Of a stretch of 64,000 nucleotides of DNA, positions 52,807-63,592 are shown piece by piece (position 1 is the first letter of the stretch; every line of letters begins with the position of its first letter). Source of the stretch: Escherichia phage vB_EcoM_PhAPEC2; the sequence record NC_024794.1; one strand, written 5' to 3'. Made by a program: the position numbers and the translations under genes. The notes beneath the pieces were generated by a model, which worked only from the letters and a program-made list of their open reading frames with translations, was not told where the DNA came from and ran no database searches.

Positions 52807-55800
52807 ATGGTTGACATCAAACGTAAGTTCAGGGCCGAAGATGGTCTTGACGCAGGCGGTGATAAGATAGTTAACGTTGCGCTTGCTGACCGCACAGTTG
52901 GCACCGATGGCGTGAACGTTGACTTTTTGGTGCAAGAAAACACCGTACAGAATTATGACGATACGCGCGCGTATACAAAAGATTTTATTGTTCTTTATGA
53001 TAATCGTTTTTATCAAGCTTTAAGTGATATTCCAGCTCCGGCAGGCCCTTTCTCTTTGGCTAAATGGAAGGCAACTCGTACAGATGCAGAATGGATTACA
53101 GTTCAAGGCGGAGATTTCCAATTATCAGTAGGTAACTCTATTGCGGTTGATACTTCAGCTGGCACTGATATTAATTTCACTTTGCCTCAAAATCCTTTAG
53201 ATGGCGATACAGTTATTTTGTCTGATATTGGCGGTAGAGTAGGCTATGTAAAAGTTCAAATTACTGCAGCGGCTCAAAGTATTGTAGACTTTAGAGGACA
53301 ACAGGTTCGTTCAGTTTTAATGACGCACCCAAAATCTAAAATGGTCTTCATTTTTAGCAACCGCCTATGGCAAATGTATGTTTCCGATTACGAACGTAAT
53401 GCAGTCACAGTAACTCCTGCCACGCCATATCAAGCGCAACCTAATGATTTTATCATTCGACGTTTTACATCAGCCGCTCCTATTAATATTACATTGCCTC
53501 GTAATGCTAATAATGGCGATATTATTAATTTAGTGGATTTAGACAAATTAAACCCATTATATCACACAATTGTCAAAACTTACGATGAAACAACTTCTAT
53601 ACGAGAAGCTGGTGTTCATGTAGCAGAAGGACGTAATACTGCGGAAGCATTCTTTGTTTATGATTCTGCCAATAGTTTATGGCGTGTTTGGGAAGGTGAC
53701 CAGAAATCTCGTTTACGTATAGTTCGTAATGATACTGATTTACGCCCTAATGAAGAAGTTCTTGTTTTTGGAACTAATAATGATACAATCTCGACGGTAA
53801 ATCTTACTTTGCCTACAGATATTTTGTCTGGCGATACTGTTAAAATATCGTTGAATTATATGCGTAAAGGGCAAACTGTAAAAATTAAAGCTGCTGAAGG
53901 CGATACAATTGCTAGCAGTATTTCTTTATTACAGTTCCCAAAACGTTCGGAGTATCCACCTGATGCACAATGGGTTTCTGTTAGTGAGCTGGAATTTAAT
54001 GGTGATACTTCGTATGTACCTGTACTTGAGTTAGCTTATATAGAAGATTATTCATCTGAAACAAAATATTGGGTAGTTCAACAAAACACCGTAACCGTTG
54101 AACGAGTCGATGCATCGAGCAATACAACTCGAGCTCGTTTAGGTGTTATTGCTCTTGCTTCTCAAGCGCAAGCAAATGTTGATTTAGAAAATGCTCCTGG
54201 TAAAGAACTGGCTATTACTCCGGAAACATTAGCAAATCGTACAGCAACTGAAACTCGTCGTGGTATTGCTCGTATTGCAACAACTGCACAAGTTAACCAG
54301 AATACCGATTTTGCATTCCAAGACGACTTGATTATTTCTCCTAAGAAATTGAACGAACGTACAGCAACTGAAACCCGTAGAGGTGTTGCTGAAGTTGCAA
54401 CTCAGGCTGAAACTAATGCTGGAACAGATGACACCACTATTATTACTCCTAAGAAATTGGATGCCCGTCAAGGTTCTGAAGTTTTATCTGGTATTGTAAA
54501 ATACACATCTACGACTGGTACTACAGCTGCTACTATTCGTGGTAATGCTGGGACTAATGTTTATAACAAAGCCGTAGATAATTTAACTATTTCTCCAAAG
54601 GCCCTTGACCAATATAAAGCTACCCCTACTCAGCAGGGTGCAGTAATTCTTGCTATTGAAAGTGAAGTTATCGCCGGCGAATCACAAGCCGGTTGGGCTA
54701 ATGCTGTAGTGACCCCTGAAACTCTGCATAAGAAAACTTCTACTGATGGACGTATTGGTTTAATTGAAATTGCTACGCAAGCAGAAACTAATGATGGGAC
54801 CGATTATACACGTGCAGTAACGCCTAAGACATTAAATGATAGGAGAGCGACGGAAGGATTATCCGGCATAGCCGAAATTGCTACGCAAGTTGAATTTGAT
54901 ACTGGAACTGATGATACTCGTATCTCGACTCCACTGAAAATTAAAACTCATTTTGATTCTTCTGACCGTACCAGTGTTAATTCTGATTCCGGACTTATTG
55001 AAGAAGGAACCTTGTGGAACCATTATACTCTTGATATTTCTAAAGCAAATGAAACACAACGTGGTACACTTCGCGTAGCGACCCAGGCAGAATCTAATGC
55101 AGGAACTTTAGATGATGTTCTTATTACTCCTAAAAAGCTTTTAGGGACTAAGTCCACTGAAACGTCTGAAGGCGTAATTAAGGTTGCTACTCAGGCTGAA
55201 ACTGTAACAGGAACTTCTGCTAATACTGCTGTATCACCTAAGAATTTAAAATGGATTGTTCAATCAGAACCATCATGGACTGCTACTACGGCAATTCGTG
55301 GATTCGTTAAAACTTCATCTGGTTCTATTACATTTGTTGGTAATGATACAGTTGGTTCAACACAATCTTTAGAATCATATGAGAAAAATAGCTATGCGGT
55401 ATCACCATATGAATTAAACCGTGTACTTGCTAACTACTTACCGTTGAAAGCTAAAGCAGCTGATAGTAATTTGTTAGATGGTCTAGATTCTCTTCAGTTC
55501 ATCCGTAGAGACATCGACCAGACGGTTAATGGTTCTTTAAGTCTTACTAAACAGACCAACCTGAGTGCTCCTTTAGTATCTACAAGCACTGCTTCTTTTG
55601 GTTCCGAAGCATCTGTTACTCGTAGATTAACTCTTAATGACTCTAGCGGTTCCGAAATAGTTTTCACTAAAGGAACCCAATCTCTTAGTAATAAAGAGAA
55701 TTTCGTTGTTAGAGCATGGGGTAATAGCGCTACAGATGGTGCCCGTGATACAGTATTTGAAGCGGGTGATGAAACCGGATACCATTTCTATTCTCAGCGC

Positions 55801-56640
55801 GCTGCTGATAATAGAGTATCATTTAATATTAATGGAACACTTTATTCAACAGGTATTGTTTCTACAAATGGATTAAATGTTACAGGTGTTTCTACCTTTA
55901 CAGGGCCTATTAGTGCTACAGGCGAAATTGTTTCTAGTTCTCCTATTGCATTCAGAGCTATTAACGGTAACTACGGTGTTATGCTTTATAACGCTGGTAA
56001 CAGTTCTTATATTGCATTAACTAACTCAGGTGACCAGACCGGGACGTTTAATAACTTACGCCCGATCACGATTAACAACGCAACAGGCTTAGTTCGTCTT
56101 GACAATGGTGTTCAAATCACAAGTGGTGCAACAATAACTACCGGTGGGTTAACTGTAAATAACAGAATTATTTCTAACGGCGTTAAAACTGCCACTGTTT
56201 ATACCGATAAACCAACAGCTTCTACTGTAGGTTTTTGGTCTATTGACATTAACGATTCTGCTGTATATAGCCAATTCCCTGGATACTGGACGCGTGATAA
56301 CAAAGGTAACCGTGACCAAGAAATTAAATATCCTGGTACTTTGACTCAATTCGGTAATAGCTTAGATTCACTTTATCAGGATTGGATTTGTTATCCTACA
56401 GGTGCAAATGGTGGTAGCATTCGATATACTCGTACCTGGCAGAAAAATAAAGATGCTTGGACTTCATTTGCAATGGTATTTGATAGTGGCAACCCACCTT
56501 CACCTAGCGATGTCGGTGCTATCCCATCTGATAATGCTGTTATTGGAAACCTTACTATTCGAGACTTCTTACAATTAGGAAATGTGAGAATTGTTCCAGA
56601 CCCGGTTAACAAAACAGTTAAATTTATATGGGTTGAATAA
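52807..56640 (+). CDS. 34: long tail fibre proximal subunit gp34
   Basis: 1277 aa; position as T4 gp34. Confidence 0.92.
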   Translation: MVDIKRKFRAEDGLDAGGDKIVNVALADRTVGTDGVNVDFLVQENTVQNYDDTRAYTKDFIVLYDNRFYQALSDIPAPAGPFSLAKWKATRTDAEWITVQGGDFQLSVGNSIAVDTSAGTDINFTLPQNPLDGDTVILSDIGGRVGYVKVQITAAAQSIVDFRGQQVRSVLMTHPKSKMVFIFSNRLWQMYVSDYERNAVTVTPATPYQAQPNDFIIRRFTSAAPINITLPRNANNGDIINLVDLDKLNPLYHTIVKTYDETTSIREAGVHVAEGRNTAEAFFVYDSANSLWRVWEGDQKSRLRIVRNDTDLRPNEEVLVFGTNNDTISTVNLTLPTDILSGDTVKISLNYMRKGQTVKIKAAEGDTIASSISLLQFPKRSEYPPDAQWVSVSELEFNGDTSYVPVLELAYIEDYSSETKYWVVQQNTVTVERVDASSNTTRARLGVIALASQAQANVDLENAPGKELAITPETLANRTATETRRGIARIATTAQVNQNTDFAFQDDLIISPKKLNERTATETRRGVAEVATQAETNAGTDDTTIITPKKLDARQGSEVLSGIVKYTSTTGTTAATIRGNAGTNVYNKAVDNLTISPKALDQYKATPTQQGAVILAIESEVIAGESQAGWANAVVTPETLHKKTSTDGRIGLIEIATQAETNDGTDYTRAVTPKTLNDRRATEGLSGIAEIATQVEFDTGTDDTRISTPLKIKTHFDSSDRTSVNSDSGLIEEGTLWNHYTLDISKANETQRGTLRVATQAESNAGTLDDVLITPKKLLGTKSTETSEGVIKVATQAETVTGTSANTAVSPKNLKWIVQSEPSWTATTAIRGFVKTSSGSITFVGNDTVGSTQSLESYEKNSYAVSPYELNRVLANYLPLKAKAADSNLLDGLDSLQFIRRDIDQTVNGSLSLTKQTNLSAPLVSTSTASFGSEASVTRRLTLNDSSGSEIVFTKGTQSLSNKENFVVRAWGNSATDGARDTVFEAGDETGYHFYSQRAADNRVSFNINGTLYSTGIVSTNGLNVTGVSTFTGPISATGEIVSSSPIAFRAINGNYGVMLYNAGNSSYIALTNSGDQTGTFNNLRPITINNATGLVRLDNGVQITSGATITTGGLTVNNRIISNGVKTATVYTDKPTASTVGFWSIDINDSAVYSQFPGYWTRDNKGNRDQEIKYPGTLTQFGNSLDSLYQDWICYPTGANGGSIRYTRTWQKNKDAWTSFAMVFDSGNPPSPSDVGAIPSDNAVIGNLTIRDFLQLGNVRIVPDPVNKTVKFIWVE
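54214..55250 (+). repeat. in-frame ~120-nt tandem repeats within gene 34
   Basis: cgtacagcaactgaaac[t/c]cgt...gttgct recurs at 54238 and 54358; protein motif ATQAETNxGTDDTxI(T/S)PKKL about 7 times. Confidence 0.7.
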
Positions 56641-56648
56641 GAGGTTAT

Positions 56649-57773
56649 ATGGAAAAATTTATGGCAAGGTTTGGACAGGGATACGTCCAAACGCCGTTTT
56701 TATCGGAAAGCAATTCAGTTAGATTTAAGCTAAGTATAGCGGGTTCATGCCCGCTTTCAACAACTAATCCGTATATTTTGTTCCAAAACGAGCCTTTAGG
56801 GTTGCAGTCTTTTGGTATTGGACTAAATGTTAGGGTGATAAATCCGGAAAATGGAACTATAGTTGATAGTAAATTATACAATTTTGCGCCTACAAATAAT
56901 GCAACTTCAGCTGCATTTATTTCGTTTGTTAATACATACGCAGATAATTTCATTTTCGCATTTATTTCTAATAACAAATTTAATTTGCCACCGGAAATAA
57001 TTGAATGGTTTAAAGCTGCTGGGAGTTCAGTTATACCGTCAATTGAAGTTGCTAGTCTTGTTGATATTTCATATTCAGCGTTTTATGTTTCAGGTAAAAA
57101 TACTATTGCATTAGAACACATAAAATACAGTAATAAGAAAACAATTTCTGATTACGCAACTCCATTAGATATTGTATATGACTCTATTGCTGATATAGGT
57201 GCTACCGGCTATCCTAGACGTACATATGAAGCTCTAGAAACGTTTTTATCTCCTGTTGGAGGAACTAACAATGAAATAAAAAGGATGCCTACGTCATCCC
57301 TTGTTACTCCTATCGCAAACTATGGATTAAAGCCTACAGATTTTCTTTATTTGAAATTTCAATTAATGGCTGATGAAGAATTATTAGAGGAAGGAACCAC
57401 AAGACTTTCAATTCGTTTCTTTAAGTCTCCATCTAGCTCTCCTATATCATCTAAAGATATAAACTTTGATGGAACTGCCGGGGAGTGGAAGCTATATGAA
57501 GAATACGTTGAAATACCAGCTGAAGCTGATGGCTTTACAGTATATTGTTACCGTACGGCCTCAGTCGGTCAAGGTGGACTAAGAAATGTTATTTTCACTG
57601 AAGTATCATGTAACGGAAGTATAGCAAAACCCGCTGAGTTTGGTATAAATGGTATTCGTGTTAATTATATTGATGAATCGTTAACCGGTAATGATATAAT
57701 GGACTTGCCTACTCAGTTATCTAACGACACAGGTAAGGTATTTGGGCAGGAATTTAAAGAGTACACAGAATAA
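56649..57773 (+). CDS. 35: long tail fibre hinge connector gp35
   Basis: 374 aa; position as T4 gp35. Confidence 0.88.
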   Translation: MEKFMARFGQGYVQTPFLSESNSVRFKLSIAGSCPLSTTNPYILFQNEPLGLQSFGIGLNVRVINPENGTIVDSKLYNFAPTNNATSAAFISFVNTYADNFIFAFISNNKFNLPPEIIEWFKAAGSSVIPSIEVASLVDISYSAFYVSGKNTIALEHIKYSNKKTISDYATPLDIVYDSIADIGATGYPRRTYEALETFLSPVGGTNNEIKRMPTSSLVTPIANYGLKPTDFLYLKFQLMADEELLEEGTTRLSIRFFKSPSSSPISSKDINFDGTAGEWKLYEEYVEIPAEADGFTVYCYRTASVGQGGLRNVIFTEVSCNGSIAKPAEFGINGIRVNYIDESLTGNDIMDLPTQLSNDTGKVFGQEFKEYTE

Positions 57774-57774
57774 A

Positions 57775-57794
57775 GGAGACTTCGGTCTCCTTTT
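57775..57794 (+). terminator. intrinsic terminator after gene 35
   Basis: ggagac-ttcg-gtctcc-tttt. Confidence 0.7.
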
Positions 57795-57798
57795 CGCG

Positions 57799-57806
57799 TA
57801 TAAATA
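57799..57806 (+). promoter_or_regulatory. T4-type late promoter for gene 36
   Basis: Exact TATAAATA ~26 nt upstream of ATG 57833, SD aaggaga. Confidence 0.6.
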
Positions 57807-57832
57807 CTTTAATATTAATAAGGAGACACGAA

Positions 57833-58489
57833 ATGGCCGATTTAAAAGCCGGAAGTACAGTTGGTGGTTCCGTCATATGGCATCAAGGCAATTTTCCTTT
57901 AATGCCAGCTGGCGATGACATCCTATATAAAACATTTAAATTATACACCGAATATAACAAGCCAAAAGCGGCTGATAACGATTTCGTATCTAAAGCAAAT
58001 GGTGGGGCATATCTCAAAAAGGTAATCTTTAACGAAGGTATTGCAGTCAAAACAGCAGATGACCAAACGAATGGTATTTTTTCTGGTGGTGGTGACGCCG
58101 CGACATTCGACCAAACAAACATGGATATTGTTTCGTGGTATGGTGTTGGGTTTAAATCATCTCAAGGTACAGGTGAAAGAACTGTTGTAATTGATACTCG
58201 CACCGGTAATATAAGTTCTAAAGGTGTTATTGAAGCATCTCAATTCAGAGCCACAACGTTAGCACCTTTAAATAATTACGACCTTACTCGCAAAGATTAT
58301 GTTGATAGTCAAATAAATACAGTTAATGCTAATGCAAACAGTCGTGTACTCCTTTCAGGAGATACGATGACCGGGGCGCTAACCGCCCCAAACTTTTTCT
58401 CACAGAATCCTGCATCTCAACCCTCGCATGTTCCACGATTTGACCAAATTGTTATTAAGGATTCTGTTCAAGATTTCGGCTATTATTAA
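57833..58489 (+). CDS. 36: long tail fibre distal connector gp36
   Basis: 218 aa; position as T4 gp36. Confidence 0.88.
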   Translation: MADLKAGSTVGGSVIWHQGNFPLMPAGDDILYKTFKLYTEYNKPKAADNDFVSKANGGAYLKKVIFNEGIAVKTADDQTNGIFSGGGDAATFDQTNMDIVSWYGVGFKSSQGTGERTVVIDTRTGNISSKGVIEASQFRATTLAPLNNYDLTRKDYVDSQINTVNANANSRVLLSGDTMTGALTAPNFFSQNPASQPSHVPRFDQIVIKDSVQDFGYY

Positions 58490-58497
58490 GAGGACTT

Positions 58498-61400
58498 ATG
58501 GCTACTTTAAAACAAATACAATTTAAAAGAAGCAAAACTGCAGGAGCACGTCCTGCCGCTTCAGTATTAGCCGAAGGTGAATTGGCTATAAACTTAAAAG
58601 ACCGTGTACTTTTTACTAAAGATGACCAAGGAAATATTATTGATCTGGGTTTTGCTAAAGGCGGTAGTATTGACGGGAATGTTATTCATACAGGCAATTA
58701 TAACCAAACTGGCGATTATACTTTAAATGGCACCTTCACTCAGACAGGTAATTTTAATTTAACCGGTATTGCTCGAGTAACTCGTGATATTATTGCCGCT
58801 GGGCAGATTATGACTGAAGGCGGAGAACTTATTACAAAAAGTTCAGGTACAGCGCATGTTCGTTTTTTCGATGGCAATAGTCGCGAACGTGGAATCATTT
58901 ATGCCCCGGCTAATGATGGATTAACTACACAAGTACTTAATATCAGGGTTCAAGACTACGCCGCTGGTAGCGAAAGCACTTATGCATTTTCAGGCAGTGG
59001 CCTATTTACTTCACCTGAAGTATCAGCATGGAAATCTATGTCAACTCCTCAGATTTTGACTGACAAAGTCATTACAGACGGGAAGAAGACAGGCGATTAT
59101 GATATCTATTCATTATCAAATAACACTCCAATGGCAGAAGGCGAAACGGCTATTAACCACCTCCGTGTTATGCGAAATGCTGTAGGAGCAGGTATTTTCC
59201 ACGAAGTTAATGTTAATGACGGAATAACCTGGTATTCCGGAGATGGACTTGACACTTATCTTTGGTCGTTTAACTGGGCCGGTGGATTGAAAGCCGGTCA
59301 TTCTATTTCTGTAGGTCTTCCAGGTGGCCCCAAAGGATATTCTGAATTAGGAACGGCCTCAATTGTTCTTGGGGATAATGATACCGGGCTAAAATGGCAT
59401 CAGGACGGATATTTCTATACAGTAAACAACGGAACAAAAACTTTCATCTATGGTCCAGGAGAAACGCAAAGCCTTAGAAAAATGGTTATGGCTTATTCTC
59501 CAGATGGGCTTCTTATGACAACGCCGCCGACAGAAAACTATGCTTTGGCTACTGTTGTTACTTACCATGATAATAATGCGTATGGTGACGGTCAAACTCT
59601 TTTAGGATATTATCAAGGCGGTAACTATCATCATTATTTCCGCGGCAAGGGTACCACAAACATTAATACTCATGGCGGTTTGTTAGTTACTCCAGGTAAT
59701 ATTGATGTTATTGGCGGTTCTGTTAATATAGATGGTAGAAATAATTCTTCTACACTAATGTTTAGAGGCAACACAACAGGATACAGCTCGGTTGATAATA
59801 TGGATATTAAAGTTTGGGGTAATACGTTTGTTGATCCAAGCGGAGGTATCCGTAAAAACATTATGGAAATTTCTGATGCAACTAGCTGGATGAGCTATAT
59901 TCAAAGACTTACTACTGGCGAAGTAGAAATGAACGTTAATGGTTCATTTGAATCATCTGGTGTTACTGCTGGAGATAGAGGAGTTCACACAACAGGTGAA
60001 ATTTCATCTGGAGCAGTGAATGCTCTTCGTATTTGGAACGCAGATTATGGAGCCATTTTTAGACGTTCAGAAGGAAGTCTTCATATTATTCCAACTGCTT
60101 ATGGCGAAGGCAAAGATGGCGATATCGGTCCACTTCGCCCGTTTAGTATGGCTTTAGATACCGGTAAAGTTACTATTCCAGATTTACAATCAAGTTACAA
60201 TACGTTCGCTGCGAACGGCTATATTAAATTTGTTGGCCATGGTGCAGGCGCAGGTGGATATGATATTCAATATGCCCAAGCGGCTCCTATTTTCCAAGAA
60301 ATTGATGATGCTGAGGTAAGCAAATATTATCCTATTGTTAAGCAGAAATTTTTACAAGGAAAAGCAGTTTGGTCTTTAGGTACTGAAATTAATTCAGGTA
60401 CATTCGTGATACACCATATCAAAGAAGACGGGACTCAAGCTCATACATCAAGATTTAATGCTGACGGTACAGTTAATTTCCCTGATAATGTTCAGGTTGG
60501 TGGCGGTGAAGCTACTATTGCTCGAAATGGTAATATCTTCTCCAACATTTGGAACGTATTTACCTCTGCTGGTGATATAACCAACATTCATGATGCCATT
60601 GCCTCCCGTGTGGCTAAAGAAGGCGACACGATGACAGGTAAGTTGAGTATTAATGCCCCAGACGATGCTTTAGTATTAAATGCTCCTAGTGCAACTAACT
60701 CATCTCATATTCGTTCGACTGTCGCTGGAGCAAATAGCTGGTTCATAGGTAAAGGTGGAGTGTCAGACACCGTATCTTTTTATAACTATAAGTCCCAGAC
60801 AGGTATAGATATATCAGCAGAAGGTAATATTTCATTTAACCCACAATCGGGTAACCTGGTCAGCATGAGCCAGAACCGTATGTATGTTAACGGCGAAAGA
60901 TGGGTGGCCACAAACCAAGGTGCAATTAATGTGCAATACGGCGTTGAAGCTCCAGTATTTGTTAACTTAGGCGAGTTAAATGGTAACGTATACTATCCAT
61001 TGATAAAGGGTCGAAGCTCTTCCACCGGATATGGTTACCTAAGTAGTGTTGAGCTTGGCCAATTACGTACAGGTGACAATAACTGGGGTATTGGTTGTAT
61101 AATTGTTCGCTCGGCTGAAAATACACCAGAACAAGGACATCCGGCAGCAGTATACCAGTTTGACGCTAGAGGTAACTTTAGTGCTCCAGCCGGGGTTTAT
61201 TCGAACGTTAATATGGGCATTGGCACTATTCCTGTATGGGGTGGTCCATCTCTTGCAATCGGTGACAATGATACTGGATTTGTATGGGAAGCAGACGGTA
61301 TTTTCAACGCATATGCAAACGGCCAAGGTGTGTTTAGTTTTAGACCTGGTTTAGCTCAGACATTCGGTAATGTTAACTTCCACTGTAATGCAGGTATGTA

Positions 61401-61761
61401 TGTTCGTGATAACATTGATGTTAACGACGTTTATATTCGTTCTGATATTCGTTGTAAGTCGGAAATTAAGCTTATTAAGAACGCTCAAGAGAAATCTAAA
61501 CTATTGGGCGGTTATACTTATCTGCTTAAAAACTCTGTTACAGACGAAGTTAAACCGTCCGCAGGTTTAATTGCTCAGGAAGTTCAAGAAGTATTACCTG
61601 AACTTGTTTCTGAAGATAAAGAGACCGGACTGCTTCGTTTGAACTATAACGGTATTATCGGTTTAAATACTGCTACTATCAACGAGCATACTGACGAAAT
61701 CAAGGAATTGAAATCTGAAATTGCTGAATTGAAAGCATTAATTAAATCATTGATAAAATAA
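58498..61761 (+). CDS. 37: long tail fibre distal subunit gp37
   Basis: 1087 aa after gp36; C-terminal chaperone-like domain. Confidence 0.9.
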   Translation: MATLKQIQFKRSKTAGARPAASVLAEGELAINLKDRVLFTKDDQGNIIDLGFAKGGSIDGNVIHTGNYNQTGDYTLNGTFTQTGNFNLTGIARVTRDIIAAGQIMTEGGELITKSSGTAHVRFFDGNSRERGIIYAPANDGLTTQVLNIRVQDYAAGSESTYAFSGSGLFTSPEVSAWKSMSTPQILTDKVITDGKKTGDYDIYSLSNNTPMAEGETAINHLRVMRNAVGAGIFHEVNVNDGITWYSGDGLDTYLWSFNWAGGLKAGHSISVGLPGGPKGYSELGTASIVLGDNDTGLKWHQDGYFYTVNNGTKTFIYGPGETQSLRKMVMAYSPDGLLMTTPPTENYALATVVTYHDNNAYGDGQTLLGYYQGGNYHHYFRGKGTTNINTHGGLLVTPGNIDVIGGSVNIDGRNNSSTLMFRGNTTGYSSVDNMDIKVWGNTFVDPSGGIRKNIMEISDATSWMSYIQRLTTGEVEMNVNGSFESSGVTAGDRGVHTTGEISSGAVNALRIWNADYGAIFRRSEGSLHIIPTAYGEGKDGDIGPLRPFSMALDTGKVTIPDLQSSYNTFAANGYIKFVGHGAGAGGYDIQYAQAAPIFQEIDDAEVSKYYPIVKQKFLQGKAVWSLGTEINSGTFVIHHIKEDGTQAHTSRFNADGTVNFPDNVQVGGGEATIARNGNIFSNIWNVFTSAGDITNIHDAIASRVAKEGDTMTGKLSINAPDDALVLNAPSATNSSHIRSTVAGANSWFIGKGGVSDTVSFYNYKSQTGIDISAEGNISFNPQSGNLVSMSQNRMYVNGERWVATNQGAINVQYGVEAPVFVNLGELNGNVYYPLIKGRSSSTGYGYLSSVELGQLRTGDNNWGIGCIIVRSAENTPEQGHPAAVYQFDARGNFSAPAGVYSNVNMGIGTIPVWGGPSLAIGDNDTGFVWEADGIFNAYANGQGVFSFRPGLAQTFGNVNFHCNAGMYVRDNIDVNDVYIRSDIRCKSEIKLIKNAQEKSKLLGGYTYLLKNSVTDEVKPSAGLIAQEVQEVLPELVSEDKETGLLRLNYNGIIGLNTATINEHTDEIKELKSEIAELKALIKSLIK
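61441..61758 (+). other. C-terminal intramolecular chaperone (peptidase S74-like) domain of gp37
   Basis: SDIRCK (Ser-Lys dyad context), conserved GLIAQEVQEVLPELV, terminal coiled coil. Confidence 0.6.
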
Positions 61762-61766
61762 TAAAA

Positions 61767-61780
61767 GGGCCTTCGGGCCC
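61767..61780 (+). other. UUCG-tetraloop hairpin between genes 37 and 38 (no U-tract)
   Basis: gggcc-ttcg-ggccc, then SD ggagg. Confidence 0.45.
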
Positions 61781-61791
61781 TGGAGGTTTAT

Positions 61792-62580
61792 ATGGCAGTA
61801 GTAGGAATCCCTGGTTGGATTGGGACCTCAGCCGTTGCTGAAACGGGTCAAAGATGGATGACGGCTGCTTCAAGGGAACTTCGTTTAGGAAACCCTTCAT
61901 GGATGTCCCAATTCGCGGGCCGTTCAAGAGAAATAATTCATACACTCGGTGCAGACCATAACTTTAACGGACAATGGTTCCGTGACCGTTGCTTTGAAGC
62001 TGGCGGCGCTCCTATAGTGTTTAATATCACTGGAGATTTAGTATCATATTCTAAAGATGTTCCATTGTTCTTTATGTACGGTGATACTCCTAATGAATAT
62101 GTTACTTTGAATATTCATGGTGGTGTTCATATGTGGGGACGTGGCGGTAATGGCGGGACCCGTGTTTGGGTAGCAGGTACAAATGGGGGCGATGTAATTC
62201 AAAACGACATTGGAGGCAGACTCCGTATTTGGAACTATGGTGTTATAGCTTCAGGTGGTGGCGGCGGCGCCGGATGTGCTTCAAATAACTCTTGGGTTGC
62301 AGCGGGTACGGCAGGCGGCGGTGGTGGCAGACCATTTGGATTAGGCGGTACTAATGGCGCAGTAATGCCAGGTGGCGACGCTAGTTATACCAGCCCTGGT
62401 GGTGGCGGTAGCTTTGCCGGTCAGTGGGGCGGCGGCGGTGGCGGTGATGCTGGTGGTGGCGGTGGTGGCGCTTACGGTCGAAACGTTACATACGGCTCGC
62501 CGGGCGCTGCTGGCAGAGCAGTATTCGGAAGTTCACCGACATGGGGTGCTACAGGCACAATCTACGGCTCCTGGATTTAA
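61792..62580 (+). CDS. 38: T2-type tail fibre adhesin gp38 with glycine-rich motifs
   Basis: 262 aa; several poly-Gly motifs ([43 protein letters not shown]) separating short segments. Confidence 0.8.
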   Translation: MAVVGIPGWIGTSAVAETGQRWMTAASRELRLGNPSWMSQFAGRSREIIHTLGADHNFNGQWFRDRCFEAGGAPIVFNITGDLVSYSKDVPLFFMYGDTPNEYVTLNIHGGVHMWGRGGNGGTRVWVAGTNGGDVIQNDIGGRLRIWNYGVIASGGGGGAGCASNNSWVAAGTAGGGGGRPFGLGGTNGAVMPGGDASYTSPGGGGSFAGQWGGGGGGDAGGGGGGAYGRNVTYGSPGAAGRAVFGSSPTWGATGTIYGSWI

Positions 62581-62598
62581 ACGATAATACCTCTCAAT

Positions 62599-62606
62599 TA
62601 TAAATA
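62599..62606 (+). promoter_or_regulatory. T4-type late promoter for holin gene t
   Basis: Exact TATAAATA ~20 nt upstream of ATG 62626; SD gggaggt. Confidence 0.6.
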
Positions 62607-62625
62607 TTGATAAATGGGAGGTAAT

Positions 62626-63285
62626 ATGGCAGCACCAAAAGTATCATTTTCGCCTAGTGATATTTTATTTGGGTTGCTAGACCGCATTTTCAAAGATAAC
62701 GCCACTGGAAATATTCTTATTTCAAGAGTTGCTGTTGTAGTTCTTTTGTTCCTAATGGCACTAATATGGTACAAAGGGAATATTTTTATGGATTATTACG
62801 TGAGGTCGAAATATGATACTTACACAGAAGTAATTCAAAAAGAAAGAAATACACGATTTGAATCTGCGGCTTTAGAACAACTACAAATAGTCCACGTCAC
62901 ATCAAGGGCGGATTTTAGTTCGGTGTATTCTTTCAGACCTAAAAATCTAAATTATTTCGTCGACCTTATTGCGTATGAAGGTAAGTTACCTAGCACAGTA
63001 ACTGAAAAATCTATGGGAGGATTTCCTGTTGATAAAACGACAGCAGAATATTCGGTCCATTTAAGTGGACTTCACTTTACTTCTAAAACAGATTTTGCTT
63101 TCTTACCTACCAAATCAAAAACTCCGGAACTGGCGTATATGTATAGTTGTCCTTACTTCAATTTGGATAACATATATGCGGGAACTGTTTCTATGTATTG
63201 GTATAAGGGGTCGGATGTGTTAAATGAAGAACGCTTGGCTGCAATATGCAACCAAGCAGCAAGGATATTAGGGCGGGCTAAATAA
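62626..63285 (+). CDS. t: holin T
   Basis: 219 aa from ATG 62626 (MAAPKVSFSPSDILFG...), close match to remembered T4 holin; track start 62614 is too close to the promoter. Confidence 0.93.
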   Translation: MAAPKVSFSPSDILFGLLDRIFKDNATGNILISRVAVVVLLFLMALIWYKGNIFMDYYVRSKYDTYTEVIQKERNTRFESAALEQLQIVHVTSRADFSSVYSFRPKNLNYFVDLIAYEGKLPSTVTEKSMGGFPVDKTTAEYSVHLSGLHFTSKTDFAFLPTKSKTPELAYMYSCPYFNLDNIYAGTVSMYWYKGSDVLNEERLAAICNQAARILGRAK

Positions 63286-63558
63286 TTAGTTGTTAGAATA
63301 CATCGTCAAATGGCGATAAATATTTTCAAAACCTTCATTGAATTCACTAATCAGTGTTTTCTTTTCTTCGGCAGTTAAATTTGTAATTAGTTTTCTGAAC
63401 GAATTCTGATTTAGCTGCCGACCATCTTTTTTAATTCCAATCTCATTCAAGAATCCTATGAAATTTGCTCGGTCTTCAACAATATCTTCCCTAGAGAATT
63501 TAATCAAAATAGAAGCAACAGTAATAATTTCACGTACAATTTCAATATCTTTATTCAT
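63286..63558 (-). CDS. asiA: AsiA anti-sigma-70 factor
   Basis: 90 aa; matches remembered T4 AsiA (MNKxIxxVREIITVASILIKFSREDIVExRANFI). Confidence 0.95.
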   Translation of the reverse strand: MNKDIEIVREIITVASILIKFSREDIVEDRANFIGFLNEIGIKKDGRQLNQNSFRKLITNLTAEEKKTLISEFNEGFENIYRHLTMYSNN

Positions 63559-63592
63559 AACGTTTTATTCATTCCATTTGGTTGATACGAGT

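Noticed and set aside
62372-62587. Track ORF 62372-62587(+) (Ala/Val-rich) overlapping gene 38
   Set aside because: Alternate-frame read of the GC-rich glycine-codon repeats of gene 38; no independent start signals.
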